Shown: piece by piece, positions 40,031-54,500 of the stretch
Position numbering within the stretch: position 1 is the stretch's first letter
Layout of the letters: every line of letters begins with the position of its first letter
Made by a program: the position numbers and the translations under genes
Notes under the pieces: generated by a model
Told to the model about the DNA's origin: nothing
Databases searched by the model: none
Seen by the model: only the letters and a program-made list of their open reading frames with translations
NCBI RefSeq assembly: GCF_037042905.1
Contig: NC_087251.1
Span: 21,888,001 to 21,952,000 of the forward strand
Source of the DNA: Lytechinus pictus
Lineage: Eukaryota
Length of the DNA: 64,000 bases
Direction: 5' to 3'

Positions 40031-40510
40031 TTTGATACACTTGCTATGACAACTGGGGCTCTGTCCCTTGAACAACACTTTCCATGACTAAGCATATGCT
40101 CTAGAAATAAAAGTAAAAAACTTTTATGCCCTGTGGCATGCATTTGAGAATAGAATGAATATATTGTGAATTAAAGTGAAAGTATACATTTTCACTAATT
40201 TTGGATTGAGCTCAGATGATCCAAGAGTGATATGAGCAGTGTAATCATGCCAACTATTAGCATGAAGGAGTATATGGAGTTCAAATTGATATCCAAGGAG
40301 ACCTCAAATAAAGCAATGAAAAAAAATATATTTACTTTAAAGATGGCAATAATCTTATTATCCATAAATGTTTCTAATAGAACAACATTTCATATACTTT
40401 AAAGACTTTAAGGCACTTCATGTGCATTGTCTTTTATCAGGAATCTCACTAAGCATCTTTCACACACAGTGGCACTCTTCATGTTATGCATGTTGAAATT
40501 AAATGGTTTG

Positions 40511-40962
40511 AGGCCGTTCTCATTACGCTTTCTAAAGCTAGTTTACTGGAAACCATTTCAGGAAACCAGTTTGGAAGATCGCTTTGCTAGCGTTCCCACG
40601 TGATCACACGAAAGTGGTTTTCAAAATAACTTCATGTAAAGCGATCTTTTTGCTATGGAAACGCTCTCAGTGGGGTGACACATTTTGCGCAAAATTCGAA
40701 ACCGCAGCGTAGGCATTCTACACACACCTGTTGTGTGGAGTAGAGCGCTCAAAATGTTCGAAGATCACTTCCCAAAAAACGGTTGTGCCTCACTTACGCT
40801 AAAACTAGTTTAACGAGGCAAAGCGATCTTGTAAACTACATCACAAGGTAGTTTTTTTAACCGGTTTGGAAGATCACTTTCAATATCGCTTTGACCGTTC
40901 TCACTACACTTTAGACTAGTTTCCACTAAACTAATGTTAGGAAGGTAGTGAGAACAGTGTCT
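40511..40962. mobile_element. Harbinger-like MITE with internal aaactagttt repeats
   Basis: Imperfect TIRs aggccgttctcattac / gtagtgagaacagtgtct; central actacatcacaaggtagt motif; end homologous to 63130-63173. Confidence 0.75.
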
Positions 40963-43900
40963 TAGAAATAAGATGCTGAGTTAGTTAGATCCCAACTTAC
41001 AAATAGCCAAATACTGCTCGTCACAAAGATTGACATCAATAATTGAACTTAGGGATAAAGATCAGGGAACATATTTTTAGATGTTGTTTTCCCTGAATAT
41101 CATAAAAGACCAATATGAAAATAAAAGTTATAAAATATGTTTTGCATTGATTTGCTTCCTGTTATTTGACAAATTGTTATATCAAATGTCATACCACCTC
41201 CATTTATAAAATAGTTGGGGAAAATAATGAACTTTTTCAAATAAAATGAAGTTTCAGCTTGCATGGTTTCTTTGAAGGTAACATCATACGTGAATTCAAT
41301 TTTTATTTACTTGTTTACTTCATTTACCAGTCTATTATAGGGATTCCTTTATTGGATGACTGTGAGCTACGTGACACAACACTGCCCATGTTTACCAAAC
41401 TGAAATCAAGAGGTTACATGAAGGAGAAAGGAAACTATTATTTTAATCACTTTTTTATTGAAAAACAACCCTCTAAAATCAAGTATTTGGTGCATAAAGC
41501 AAATGCTAGTCCAAGTTCTAGTTTAAAAAAAATATCACTCAAATCACAAAATGGGATGTAATATAACTTGACTTCTAAATATGTTTTGGAAGACAGGGCT
41601 AGTGACCTTCCAACCACTCTACAAGACAAACAATATGAGGCCTGTGTTATCTACCTGCAATATATCCAATCCAGTCCAGTAGACATAGGCCTAGTGCCTT
41701 TTCTTTTAGGTTACAAAGCGCCGCAGACACACTACTCCATGTTTGGGAAAATAAAGCAATAATTCAACACCACCACAGAATGATCAGCTTAGTAATTGCA
41801 ACACATTGAAGTTGTTTTCTTTTTCTCGAGTCACATAACTTTTTTTAATGCATGGAAAAGAATTGACATGAAGCAGGTCTTGGTAATATTTGCACCTATG
41901 GGAGATTATTTTAAGAGAGAAAAATACTTTTAGAAATCATTATTATATATCCTGGTTGCATATTGGCAATTCAATCTGTCAGTCTGCATGAATTGTGAGT
42001 TGATTATATGAATAATTAATTTAATCAAATCAAAATGTTGATCGATCTAGAGGAAGTAGCTTTACTCATGCATGTGCACTAGACTATATTAAAAAAAGTA
42101 TAGAATATAGAATTCATAATGCCATTATACTGTATTCCACAGAATCTTATACTACCAGATGGTTTTAGAGATATGCATCACTGTAGCACATATCCCATCT
42201 AGTGCATTAGTGCTTACCAATAATTCATACCAAGAAAACTTTTTATCACATACCCCCATCACATAGTCACAAGGAATCTATGTCCATATTGTGATTAAAA
42301 TACATAAGAATTCATGCATTAGTAAGCAATATTTTAAAAGGGATAGTAGATAAAATGAATTTTTAAGAGTTTCATCAAAATCAGCACCAAAATGAAATAT
42401 GAAGTGTAGAGGCTTGAAAAGTCTCATTTTACTTTTCAGTGGCATTCCTCACAAAGAGGCAACATTGCTTCGAAAGTGAATAACATTTGTGAATTTCTTC
42501 TTTTTATCAAGTAACCGTTGGTCTATTACAACGTTCAACTAATTGACTGAGTAGGTATTGAAACATTACTGACACAGCTTGTCGAGAATGCGTTAGGTGG
42601 CAATTAGACCAGATGCCCCGGTTGCAATGAAAATATCTATTACGGTAAATTTGCTATCAACTCCCATTGTTACAGGTACCGATAGCCAATCACTATTAAA
42701 GTGTCATTTTACAGCAAGGTTAATATAATATAAATATTTTACACAAAGAATAAGGCATTGTTGGCTGAGACGTGACTTTATTTCACTCAATAAAGTTTAC
42801 TATATGAACTGATCAGTTGTTTCAAAGGTAGAACATAAATTTTTTTATTCAGAAATGTTTGAATTATTAAACAAATAGTAAATAAATGAAAAGTGCTGTT
42901 TGAATTTTAAAATGTTTGTTCAAGCTTTTATACAACACCTGATGGTTTCATCTTGTAAACAGGTTGAATATTAAAGCAGTGTATAGACCAAGAGAAATTA
43001 GACTGAGTGTAGTCCAACCTCTATCCATCTGTTGCTTTTTTCTTTTAACTTTAGATGGCATATTTTAGATCAGAGCATAGCACACCGTTATCTCGCCTGC
43101 CATTTCTTATGTCTTGTTTTCCTTGGGTTTGTTTGTAAAGTGTCGCCTTCCATTGAATTCCTGGTAGGAAGCAGCTGCGCTCTTCAGGGGAGAACAAATG
43201 TTCAAAGTGCTTCGCAAATACAGAACAAACATCTTAAGAGAATCTTGAACCTGGTAGAAAGTATTTTAATGTGAAACATTCAAGTTTACACTTAACAAAC
43301 AGAGCTATTAACACTGGAGAATGGAAATCAGTGGTTGAGGGGTTTGTGTGGATTGAAACAAATTGAGCATCTTTGCTTTCAATCTTTGACATCCATTCCT
43401 TTGTATCAAATGTCACATGTTCGGACTGACCCTGCCTTAACTTTCAAGATTTGACATCATCGTTTCAGCATGAAATGAAAACCACTTTATCTCTATGTTT
43501 TAACAATATAAACACAGAACACTTAACATGTAAACAGTATGGATCTTTCATTGTATGTTACCATGTTCAACTATGTTTCAGACATTCATATTCTTTCCCA
43601 ATACTTTATCTCATAAAACTCATCCCTGATTTATAAGGGCTTGATATTGCAGCATATTAAAGATGCAGGTTTCTTTGATGTTCTGGATACATAAGGTTGA
43701 GATTAGTTGCTTTATGATAAAGAGAGCACAAACCAACAGATGTTTAACCCTTAATTTAGGACAACTACATTCATTACATAAAGGTAGGCCTAAAAAAAAA
43801 CCTCTTGTTGTGCATTCCAATGAAGATTTTTAGTAGATAGCAAGTTATGGGCACCTTTTTGCATCTAACAAGTGTTATTTTGAACATCTCAGTGGTCCTT

Positions 43901-43963
43901 TGATTTAGGCCTTAGTGTATATTCTCCATTGCTTAATGCATTAACTTCAAAAATACAAATTTC

Positions 43964-43994
<31 letters not shown>

Positions 43995-44117
43995 GTTATT
44001 CATTTAATTATTCAAAATCATGATGTAAATGTTTATTCTTCCTCAACAACTCTCCTATCTTTCACTCTATAACATGGGGAACGATATGCCAAAGGCTTCA
44101 TTCCCTTTTGCCCTTAA

Positions 44118-44702
44118 AGGAGAATGAAACCTTTGGAAGAAGATAGCTTGTGTGAAAAACAGAAAAATCAAAGAAACAGATCAACGAAAGTTTCAGAAAA
44201 ATCGGACAAATAATGAGAAAGTTATGAGCATTTGAATATTGCGATCGCTAATGCCATGGAGATCCTCACATTGGCAATGCGACAAAGATGTGTGATGTCA
44301 CTTGTGAACAACTCTCCCCATTACTTTAGTATATATTTCACTTAAACTGCCTCTTTTATCACATCTATCAGTAGATCATGTGTTCTTTCTATAGGAGGGC
44401 GTGTAATACAGACTTTTAAAGAATACATCATGGATAAAGAGTTTGTATCACCATAAGAAAAATCAAAAAGAGACATTTTGGGGGTATTTTATAGTCCAAC
44501 AAAGGGAAAGTTGTTCACATGTGACATCACACATCCTTGTCGCATTGCCATTGGGAAGATCTCCATGGCATTAGTGATTGCAATATTCAAAGGCTCAAAA
44601 CTTTCTCATTATTTGTCAGATTTTTATCAAACTTTATTTGTTCTTATTCTTTGATTTTTCTCTTTTGACACAAGCCTACTTGTTCCAAGGTTTCATTCCC
44701 CT
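44118..44702. mobile_element. Kolobok-like MITE with about 200-bp TIRs
   Basis: TTAA at 44114-17 and 44703-06; termini aggagaatgaaacct / aggtttcattcccct; inner arms ggcaatgcgacaaagatgtgtgatgtcac / gtgacatcacacatccttgtcgcattgcc. Confidence 0.9.
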
Positions 44703-45499
44703 TTAAGTTACTGCTCTACCAACAAGATCGATAGAGAATTTTGAGATGAATTGAATGCTGGCTCATGCTGATTATAGATCTATTGGAATTTGTCCTTGAT
44801 ACTGATGAAGATGCTGAAGATAATGACCCCTTTTTTAAACGATAAGTGAAAATGAAATTTAATATGAGGCAAAGAACTAGAATTTCCCATTCAAGCATTA
44901 AGGAAAAATTAAATTTAAACGTAGAAAAAGCCAAATATAACTTGGATCAAACCATTTCCTCGCTCAAAACATATTTTTTTTATAGAGTATGCAGTAGGAA
45001 CAAGTACGATTGATGATCAAACACTGCACCATTAAACACAAAGCATGGTGGGGGATCGTAGGAAGAGAGTACGTTGAATTTGTCACATAACCAGATTATT
45101 AATCGTTTGTAAATATTTCAGGAGACAAAGCTTTTAATAATTCACGGTTAATCAGATCTGTCTCTGATTTTTATTCATGGCAAATTAAATTCAGTGCATC
45201 TAAAAACGCATTTGGGAGTTGGGGATATCTTTCCCCATGAAAATGTGACGTTCTTCTCTGCCTAATGTGGGCCTTTTTTTTTGTCAGTATACTCGCCTCT
45301 TTAGAAATGACTGGGGTAGAGTGACGTTAGAGTGTCTCATTCAACCACGATAGCTATTATTTCCAACTTATTCATCACAGATGAGTTCATTCAGCAGGTT
45401 GGTCAAGGAGGAAAGCTGTTAAGATATTTTTTCATCTGGTCATCTGATAATATCTTTGTTCCATGGCCAAAGCCTATAATCTTATATCACGACTTTCGT

Positions 45500-45555
45500 G
45501 AAAGCGCTAAGATTAATAATGGAATAAGAAAGCGCTAAGATTAATAATGGAATAA
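45500..45555. repeat. Perfect 28-bp tandem duplication
   Basis: gaaagcgctaagattaataatggaataa occurs twice in tandem. Confidence 0.95.
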
Positions 45556-47852
45556 GTCATGCTCTTTCTCTTTCCCTCCCTATTTCCCCTCTGTACCTCC
45601 TTTCTCTGTCCAATTTCTCTCCCTCTCTCTCTTTCTCTCGCTCTGTCTATCTCATTCACCACCCTCTTGTTATCCTATTTGTTCTCTTCCCTTGTTATTT
45701 TTTCTTTCTCTCAATCCAGTCTCCTTTTCTCCCCCCCTTAATCCCCACCCCGTGCCCCCTCCCCTCCATCTCTCCCTTGATCTATATATATGCTCTTTGT
45801 TCCATTTACTCCATTGTAGCACAACTTCTTTCCTGATTTACCTAAATATATCATACCAGAAAATAAACCCTTGCAATAAGTCTTCCTATTGAAAGAAATT
45901 TTTCATTTGCAATACCTCATTTTACGTTTTACGTGAAACATTGTTGCCAGTTTGATTTTTTTTTCTGCTGATACCAGGAGGTTACTATGGATTTTTTAAA
46001 ATCTCTGATTTCATCTGGCCTGGATGGTAGTAAATAAGATATATATTTGGTAATGTTTAGATAGGAATTTAAAGATTGCTACAATGATAAAAGTAGAAGA
46101 ATAACAGAACAACCATGAAGGTTTTGTTAAAATCTATCCAAGTATTCTACACTTATCATTATTTTGATTTTTTACATCACATGCTTACATCACCCCCTTG
46201 TGTCATTTACTATCAAGTTTATAAATTGTCAAAATTTATTGTACATGAACATTTGATATATCATCAGGCACATTATTAATTCATACACACTTCCAGGAGA
46301 ACAATTATTCAGCCTCAAGGAATCATTAGAAAATTCAGATTCATAGAATTTGTATTACAATCCTTCGGGGAGCCGCTTGCATCTGAGAACACAAAATTAA
46401 CATTATCATAAACTAGTATGTAATTCTTTAATGGATTTCCTTCAAACTCTTGATATTTTCCTCTCACTTTTGTACTTTTCTTAAAATCAACTTGACAACA
46501 GGTTGAAATTGTTCTCCATAAATGGAATTTTGTTAGAAAGAGTGAAAAAAAAAATCCGCCAGTAATACTTCTTAACGCGCGAAGCGAGTTAATGAGAGGT
46601 TATCTCAGGTCAGACTAGCTGGACAACAACATATCCTGCCAGCGGTACGTAACAGGTGGTTTACAAGGAAGGGGCCTGGTCAGGCGAATTCCTTTGCCCT
46701 GGCGGAGATATTTGCGATGCCAAATATGGTATTTTGTCGGTCTTCATGAGGAGGCGTGGCCAAAAAATGTTGCGTTGCGAATTTTGGTATTTTTCGGACA
46801 TTACAAGGAGGCGTGGCTAAAAATGCTACGTCGCGTTAGCTGACGTGGTAATTTCGGGAGGGGGCAAAAGCCAATTTCTAACAAGTTAGCATTCTTCTTC
46901 GTGGAGTCGATTGGAAAGCATCTTTCATCTCAATTCACCTGTCTTGTGCAACATACTTCCTGTATTTTTCCCTCCTCCATCCCCTTGTCACCCCCACTAA
47001 TTTTCAACGTCAAGATGTTTTGTTTCATGTTATTCATTCTAACCTGAATGTGAGCTTCGGGCCTGGTCGCACACCCAAAGTGGGCCGCAAGGTAATTCCA
47101 TCCAACCTGTTCACCTACTTTTGGATACCTTTTTGTATTTTACTTTGGTTTACCAGTTAGTTTAGTTCATTTATCATCAGGTGTTCAGGGGGGTGTTTTC
47201 GCCCTTGCTGGAGCTCGGCCTTTTCCTATCACATTATGATTCTTCACTTATTTTGGGCTTCCTGAGATAATATTTTTCATTTATTTAGACCAATTTCGTA
47301 TATTCCACTCCTCAGGTTATAATGTGAACGGGGCTTGGTTCGTCACCCGATTTGGATGAGGCCACCAGCGAATTCCATTTCGGACCGAACATTAACGTTG
47401 CCTCGTTCACATTCTAGTTCAGGGCCGTTGGTGGGGCTTCTGAGCACTAGTTTCTGTTCTAAAAGTTTTCCTGCATAAGCTCGTGTTGCAAACGGGAATC
47501 TTTGCTTCGTAGCTTTGCAGATGGAATTTTACGTTGCCCACATTTGGCCAACATGACAAACTGGTGTCTTTGTCATGAATGTGGATGGACTGTTTTAATT
47601 GTCAATTGAGGAGATTGGTTTAATAACTTTAATTTTTCGCATATGACACATCTCAGGAGGCTTTACGTGTATATTATTATGTTTTGATTGTTGCATTATA
47701 TTATGTTGGCTTTATTTGACAACACATCATTTTACATTTCGGTATACATCATTTGGAAGATGCTTTTCAGAAACAATTTTTATTAAACTCCACGGAAACT
47801 GCATTTACTCGCCTCTCGTGTATTTTGTCTGGGTTGAGATAATTGATATTAA

Positions 47853-48099
47853 CTCTTTGCATGCTGAATTGAGTTTGGGGGGATAATAGTGACAATTGTT
47901 TCCATGATATTTTTTTTAGTTCAAGATATCCATATTGCACCATTGATAATTATTATTACATGTATTATATAGATGTCATCCAAGAACTGTTCGTTTTTAT
48001 TAGCTTATCTAATTTGAAGGTAGGGGAGAAAACTAATTATTACTATTGTCAAATTTAATTGTACGAATGTGCAAAATTGCAACATCAGCGTGCAAAGGG
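47853..48099. mobile_element. piggyBac-like MITE
   Basis: TTAA at 47849-52 and 48100-03; TIRs ctctttgcatgctga / tcagcgtgcaaaggg. Confidence 0.8.
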
Positions 48100-48111
48100 T
48101 TAAATAATGTA

Positions 48112-48322
48112 TATCACTGTAAATAAGTTAAGTGGTCAGTTTTTAGTTTGAAAGAGTTGTATTTTTACTAAATGTTATTGTAGAAATGTGAAGTGTAAAG
48201 ATTGAACAAAATCAGCCAATAATTTATATATTTTGTGATATCACTGTAAATAAGTCAATTGATCAGTTTTCAGTTTGAAAAAGGATGTATTTTCACTAAA
48301 TGATAATGTAAAAAGTGGGAAG
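48112..48322. repeat. Diverged direct repeat, two copies about 127 bp apart
   Basis: tatcactgtaaataagt...cagttt..agtttgaaa...tgtattt..actaaatg at 48112 and about 48239. Confidence 0.8.
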
Positions 48323-49914
48323 CAATGTGAACTACACCTGGTTCATGAAAATGACACCAGAAATTTTGTTGTGTTGGTGCAGAAATGCCCTTAGCACCAC
48401 ACATACACACATCGTATGCGCGCAGAAACACCCTTAGTAGCGCGCATTAGGGCATTGCATAGGGGCGTTTCTGCACCAACACGACGATTTTTACTTCACT
48501 CCTTTCCACTTCAGTGCCAGTTTTAATTCAATGGCAGAATCCATTCCCAATAACAAAATCTTCTGAAAAGCATTTTGAAGAGAACATACTCTATTTGACT
48601 TGGATGTTGCATCTCTCCATATTTCCATTTCTCTCTTTCCCCTCTCCCCCTCACCCCCTCCCTCTTCTCTCTCTCTCTCTCTCTTTCTCTCACCACACAT
48701 TTAAAGCTTCTAGTTTAGTGAAATCCTCAGACTTATCACATTGTGATTTACATATGGTGTGGTAGAATCTGAGTGTTGAGAAACCGAATCAATTTCCCAA
48801 ACCATATGCACTAATTTCATTCATCTTTTGAGAGCTCAGTACAAGCAGGAGATCTTAGGATTTGAGGAGAAGCTGCCTAAAACATGACTGCTTAGGATAG
48901 CTTCTCAATCTGAAAAAAAATATCCTCTGATATTTCTATTGTATATTTCTTGGTTGTAGAGTTGCATTTTGTGTTGTGGAATAGAGTGATTCTCAATCGA
49001 CTTGCATTAATTTATTTCAATATTATGAAAGTATAGCCAGTTCGGATTTCCATTTTGTGCATGTTCAGTAGAAGGTCATTTGTACTAAAGTGTCATGGTG
49101 GTTTGTTATTCATATATTCTTTTGAATTGTGTTTTTGCTAGATCCACAAAAAACAAAAACAATGCACCCACTTGCAACTGGTATTTAACAGTTTGCCAAG
49201 TACATTGTCATAATGACATGCTAATGCATTCAAAGTAGAAATGCAACAAATACCTTCATAGAGTGTTTATTGGTGTGCTATTCTGGTCACCTGTTCTATT
49301 CCATGTCTGCCTCCTGCTATGTAAGGCATGCTTCGTAATATCTTGCTTTGAAATTTTCCTATCATAATAAAAGAAATGAAAGGTCATCTGAACAAACTTG
49401 CCCATGAGCTAACTTTTGAGAAGCTGCTTTGAATATCATTGAATACTTTTACTCTTGAAAGCTTCTCGATCAGCTAAATCACGAGATCTGATTTACAAAA
49501 TTCTAACTGGATGCTTTCCAAGCTGTGTGAGTTAGCAGCTTAAATCTAGTCGTGCCAATCCCCCCTTTAATATTTCAACTTTATTTACCCATTCCAATCA
49601 TAGATCAAAATCAACCAAACCCAAACGGGACCTGAAGAATCAATACAATAAAAATATCCTCAACCCTCTTTACAGAAAACTTAGAAAAGAAGTATGGCAC
49701 CCTCATTCAAGGATCATATTCCCACGTCTTTGAATTTACTCAGTGAAGAAGAACTGGGGGTTATAATTGATCACAATTTTTTTATTGCTATAGACTTTTG
49801 ATTACAATTAATTGTATAATTGTATAATTTTTGGGTGATGGATGGTTGTGAACAATGCCAATAGTACAGTGTAATAGAAGAATGCATTGTATCTTAATAG
49901 GAACAAAAAACACT

Positions 49915-50172
49915 GTACTTTAAAAAAAATGCATTGTGCTTTTTGTACACGCTAGATTTCAGAGATTGAAAAATAAATCCAGATCAGATGTTGATAGTGA
50001 CAAGTCAAATTTTGGATTGGCATTTTCAGATCTTTAAGATTCTTTTTTTAAGATTTAAATCTGATTTGAGAGTTCGACTTGTCATTATTCACTGCTGATC
50101 TGGATATATACTTTTAAATACCAGAAATCTAGTGTGTGCAAACAATACGAGGCATTCTTTTTTAAAAGTGCA
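49915..50172. mobile_element. Palindromic MITE remnant
   Basis: Arms cacgctagatttc..atccagatcag..gtgacaagtc / gacttgtca..ctgatctggat..gaaatctagtgtg; interior resembles 51277-51502. Confidence 0.7.
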
Positions 50173-51276
50173 CTATCTTGAATAATGATTTTCATTCAGT
50201 ATGATGTGTACTAGAATGGGGCATGGACAATGTTTGATGTGCAGTGGCCTTAAAACATATCAAACACCCATTTCAGACAAGAAGTTATATAAAGTTATCT
50301 GGTCTTTAAAATTCATGACTTATGCTTTATATATTGACATACAGAGCAGAATTATTTTTAATGGGTGTACTGATATGTTTGAAATCATAATGGAGGTAGA
50401 ACCTTTTTGTATTTTTTCTCTCAAAACCATTTTTAGTGGAGTATGAGTTATGCCATATTGTTGAATGGAGCATTTTGAGATTATGGGCATTAAAGTTGTT
50501 AAAATTGTTGCTTGCTAGAAGCAGAATTTATTTTATCCACTTGCCATACCCAAGCTTTCATCATGGTTAGCCATGAGTGCTATTCGAAACCATTCTAACC
50601 GTTGGAAAGATTCCTTTTGGAGTAATTGTTATTTTTAAAAACTTTAATCATATGTGACCTTTGAATTTAGTATGTTTTTAAGATTAAATTTTTATTTCAT
50701 ACCCTGACATTATGAGAAACCTTACAAAAAATACTTCTTTTTAAGTAAAATGTCATGCTATTTGGTATTTCAGTCTGGTTTTGCACGCAAGTTTGATGAC
50801 GCGCAGGAAGCCTGATATCAGACTCCTGTTTTTGCCGTAATTTGTCAACATATAATGCTCACAAACAATCTTCTTTATAAATGAGTTGTGATTGACAGTT
50901 GACTGGCTTGGGGTCATCAGATGTTGAAGTGACCTTTGCGATCACTTGCCGTCTTCCCGGTTAAAGTTGTATGATCCAGGCCTCTTTAGCCATTAGTTCC
51001 AAATCAGCGAATTTCTTTACACTTTACGGTAGGTTTCCGTAACAATGAAAGAAAACGGCGCCAACGTCTCTGGCGTACTCTGATGATATTATTCATTCTG
51101 TTTTTATGAGTACAATCAATGAAGGAAAACTACTCTCCATTCCTCAGTCATCGATATCTCTGTCTTCATCCTTCCTTACTACTTTTCTCAATCTTCTCTT
51201 GCATATTTCTTTATTAACTACATTTTCTCTATATGATAATTATTTTCATCAATTTCTTTTATTCTTTTCCTCCCTG

Positions 51277-51502
51277 CACTCTAAATTCCAAGGATTTAGA
51301 ATAAATCCAGATCGGCTGTGAATAGTGACCAGCCGAATATTAGATTTAGATCTTGTTGATTTAAATATAAATCTAAAAGATTTGAATTTAAATCTTTTGA
51401 GATTTAAAAGTTAATCCTTAAGATTTAAAATAAATTAAAAATTCGGCTGGTCACGATTCACTGTCAATTTGGAGTTATTTTAAATCCTTGGAGTTTAGAG
51501 TG
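51277..51502. mobile_element. Palindromic CACT-terminated MITE
   Basis: cactctaaattccaaggattta..gtgaccagccgaat / attcggctggtcac..taaatccttggagtttagagtg. Confidence 0.85.
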
Positions 51503-54500
51503 TATCTTTCTGTATTTTCTTTGTCTATGTTTACCATATCCTCTATTTGTGCCCATGTTTAATCTTTTTGTGTTTTTGTCATTTCTTTGTTTCTAAATTG
51601 CTCCACTCTCTCTCTTTGTTTCTTTCTTTATTTATGTATTATTATCAATTTCTGTCTATCTGACTCTCCCTCTCACCCACCCACCCCCCTCCCCCCCCGT
51701 CTCTCTCTCTCTCCCTATTTACATTCCTCATTACTCCTCCCCTGTTACCTATTCTCTCCTCTCTTAAATCTGTTATATCATTTTTTGATAATTTGGCACC
51801 TGCTGCAAGGTCCATTTGTTACTTTTGACACATTCTTTCCCGTTTTCCCTTACTTTTCATTCCCAAATTATCTACATCTCCAACTTTCTATCCCCGTCTT
51901 TCTTTGTATGGGATTCTTTTTCTTCTTCACCGTTCCCCTTCCTTCGCTCATTCCTTTCAACTTGGTATGCATTTGTCATTTTAGTTGTGTTGTAATTATC
52001 CCCTTGATATTCCATATGGAGTATCTCTCCATATTTCTTTATCTCACACTCTTTTTTTTCATTCCTATTGTCCCCTTTCTGGCCTTCATTTACTCCTGAT
52101 TATAAATATGATCCCTGTGAGATTAGTTGTGTATCACATTAATATTTTGTTATATGAAATATATCTTTTTAACTTTAATCTCTTTCTCCTCTGCCATTGC
52201 CCTCCTCTCCCTCCCGCTTTGATGTTGGTGGCTGATATGTTGTACCAATATTCCTCCGTTACTTCTGAAGGTTTCCTCTGTAACTTCTAAGACCTGCTTT
52301 TACAAATCTTCCTTCCGTATATCCCTCTTCTACGTCTCACCATCCCCTCCCCTTGTTCAATCTGCTATCTACTTCTGATATGAATATACTCATGCTAATT
52401 TTAATTATCTTTCACATTCTTCTTTTTTGTTATCTTGAAGAGTGTCACTGCATCTTTAGTTCCCCTTTTCATTTAATCCTCTCTCCCCAGTGTCTTCCAC
52501 CCCCGTCCTCTTCCTCTGCTTCTTAACATTCTCTGATCTACTCCTGATATGAATATACTCAAGATCATCTTTCATTCTCTCTTCATGTGTTCCCTTCATT
52601 TTTATCTCCTTTTCTACTTGATCACTGCGGTTGCTTCTATCCCCACCCTCCTCTTCAACTTCTTCATTTTCTTTTATCAACTTCTGTTATGAATATATAA
52701 TCACTCTTCTTCATTCTCTATAAATCCTCTCTCATTCCCTCTTCTTCTTCCTCTTCCTATCCCTCCTCTTCTCCTTTCATTTCCTTGTCTTCTTGTTCTC
52801 CTTTCTCCCCTTTATTCTCTTCTCCTTCTTCTCCTCCTTCTTCTTTCCACCTTTCTTTTTATTCCACCCCCTCCCAACCTCACTAACTCCCTTTCGCCCT
52901 TCACCCTATTCTCAATATCCCTCTGTACCCCCTCTCACCTACACCTGATCTGAACTCAAACTCATTTTAGTTATCTTTTGCATTCTTCTTTCATTATTTA
53001 AAATTATTTAACTTTATATTTATTTTCTCTTTTCACTTATCCCTCTCTTGTCCTGCAACCCTATTCTCCTCCTTCTCTTTCTCGTGTCCTGTTATGAAAT
53101 TTCTCCCATTTACTTTAGTTGTCTATCACATATCTTTTCCATTCTCTGTTAACCATTTTTTTTCTCACTTGCTGTAACTCTTTCCTGGCTCCCGCCCCTT
53201 TTGTACCCCCAACGATGTTCTGATATTCCTTGTTAGGTAACTCGTCATTTTTTTCTCCCCTTTTAAAAACTATATCCATCCTTTCTTTTTTTCTGATGAT
53301 GATTCATTTCCTGTCACTAGTTGTCTATCAGAATATCCCACCTATTCTGTTCTCTGTAAAGAATCTTTCTTCATATTTCTAGTTGACCTATCAGATTTAT
53401 CTTGAATTCTATATAATATTTCTTTTCATCTTTCATCTCTTTTTCCATCTATCCCTACTCTTCCCTTCAACCACCACATCTCTCTTTATCTCTCCTCTAT
53501 CTTTTCTCCTTGATGCTCTCCATTTATTTATTTATAACACTTCCGACCCATTCATACCGTTTGAAAGTTTGTAATGCAGCGGCATCTCATGACACAATTG
53601 ATTATACTAAGACATGCAACAGGGCCAATCATAAAAAAGTAGCAGGTTTGTGAGGCAGCTCAGAAACAATGTTTTCTTGAAAACTTTCAATATGTTGCCA
53701 ATTTAAAATCAGTGATTGTTATGGAATACATATTTTGAAAAAAAAATTGTTCTTAACATGTTTCTTTAACACATATTTGACCTTGATTATTCAACAGGCT
53801 TGCAAGGCAGTTTATTAACAATGTTTTGTAATGAAAGGTTACATCTGGTTGCCAATTTGCAACTTGTTACCAAACAAAATAGCTATCAAGCTAGTGTGTT
53901 AAACGTAGAATGGCAAGGTGTTGAAAACCCATGCTCTACTAATCTGATGAATCCAAAGGTCCTCCCATGGAGACATGTTTTTAGTTCTTCCCTTTTGCAT
54001 TTTTCACCAAATGGCAAAGTAGCATGACAGATCATAGTAGGGGAGTAAACTTTGCAAGATGTTTTTTTCAGCCTCTATACCATACCATGCGTGAAGTGGA
54101 TAAAAGGTCACTGCCTTGGATGATAAATGTGCTGTATTCCTTTATTCTATCTTGTTTTCCCCTCTGCAAATGATTCTGAATGATAGGTGAAGTAAAATGG
54201 TAATTTTGTCACTATTTCTGGCATGTTTCTTGCATTTGAAGCTTTATGGTAAACCATCATTATGAAAGGTTTAAATTACGGTTTCTCATGAAGAGAATGA
54301 AAAGAAATATAGGAAAAATAATATGTTTTCTGACTGATTGATTGGGGCTTGGTAGCAAACAACAAAGACAGGAGATGATGGGGAGTGGGGGGGGGGGGGG
54401 GGAGAGGGATGGGAATGAGGTAGAAAAAGCAAGGAGAAAGATATTCTGCTGAATATTTTGTCACATTACAAAACCAAATAGCAGTTGCAACAACCATGTC

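Noticed and set aside
47040..47385. Possible HDV-like or twister ribozyme (gcgaatt, ccaagcccc motifs)
   Set aside because: I could not build the required nested pseudoknots by eye; kept only as part of the unclassified-element finding
51587..52290. 170-aa and 101-aa hydrophobic ORFs resembling membrane proteins (also 14088-14462, 18788-19144)
   Set aside because: Translations of pyrimidine-rich low-complexity DNA
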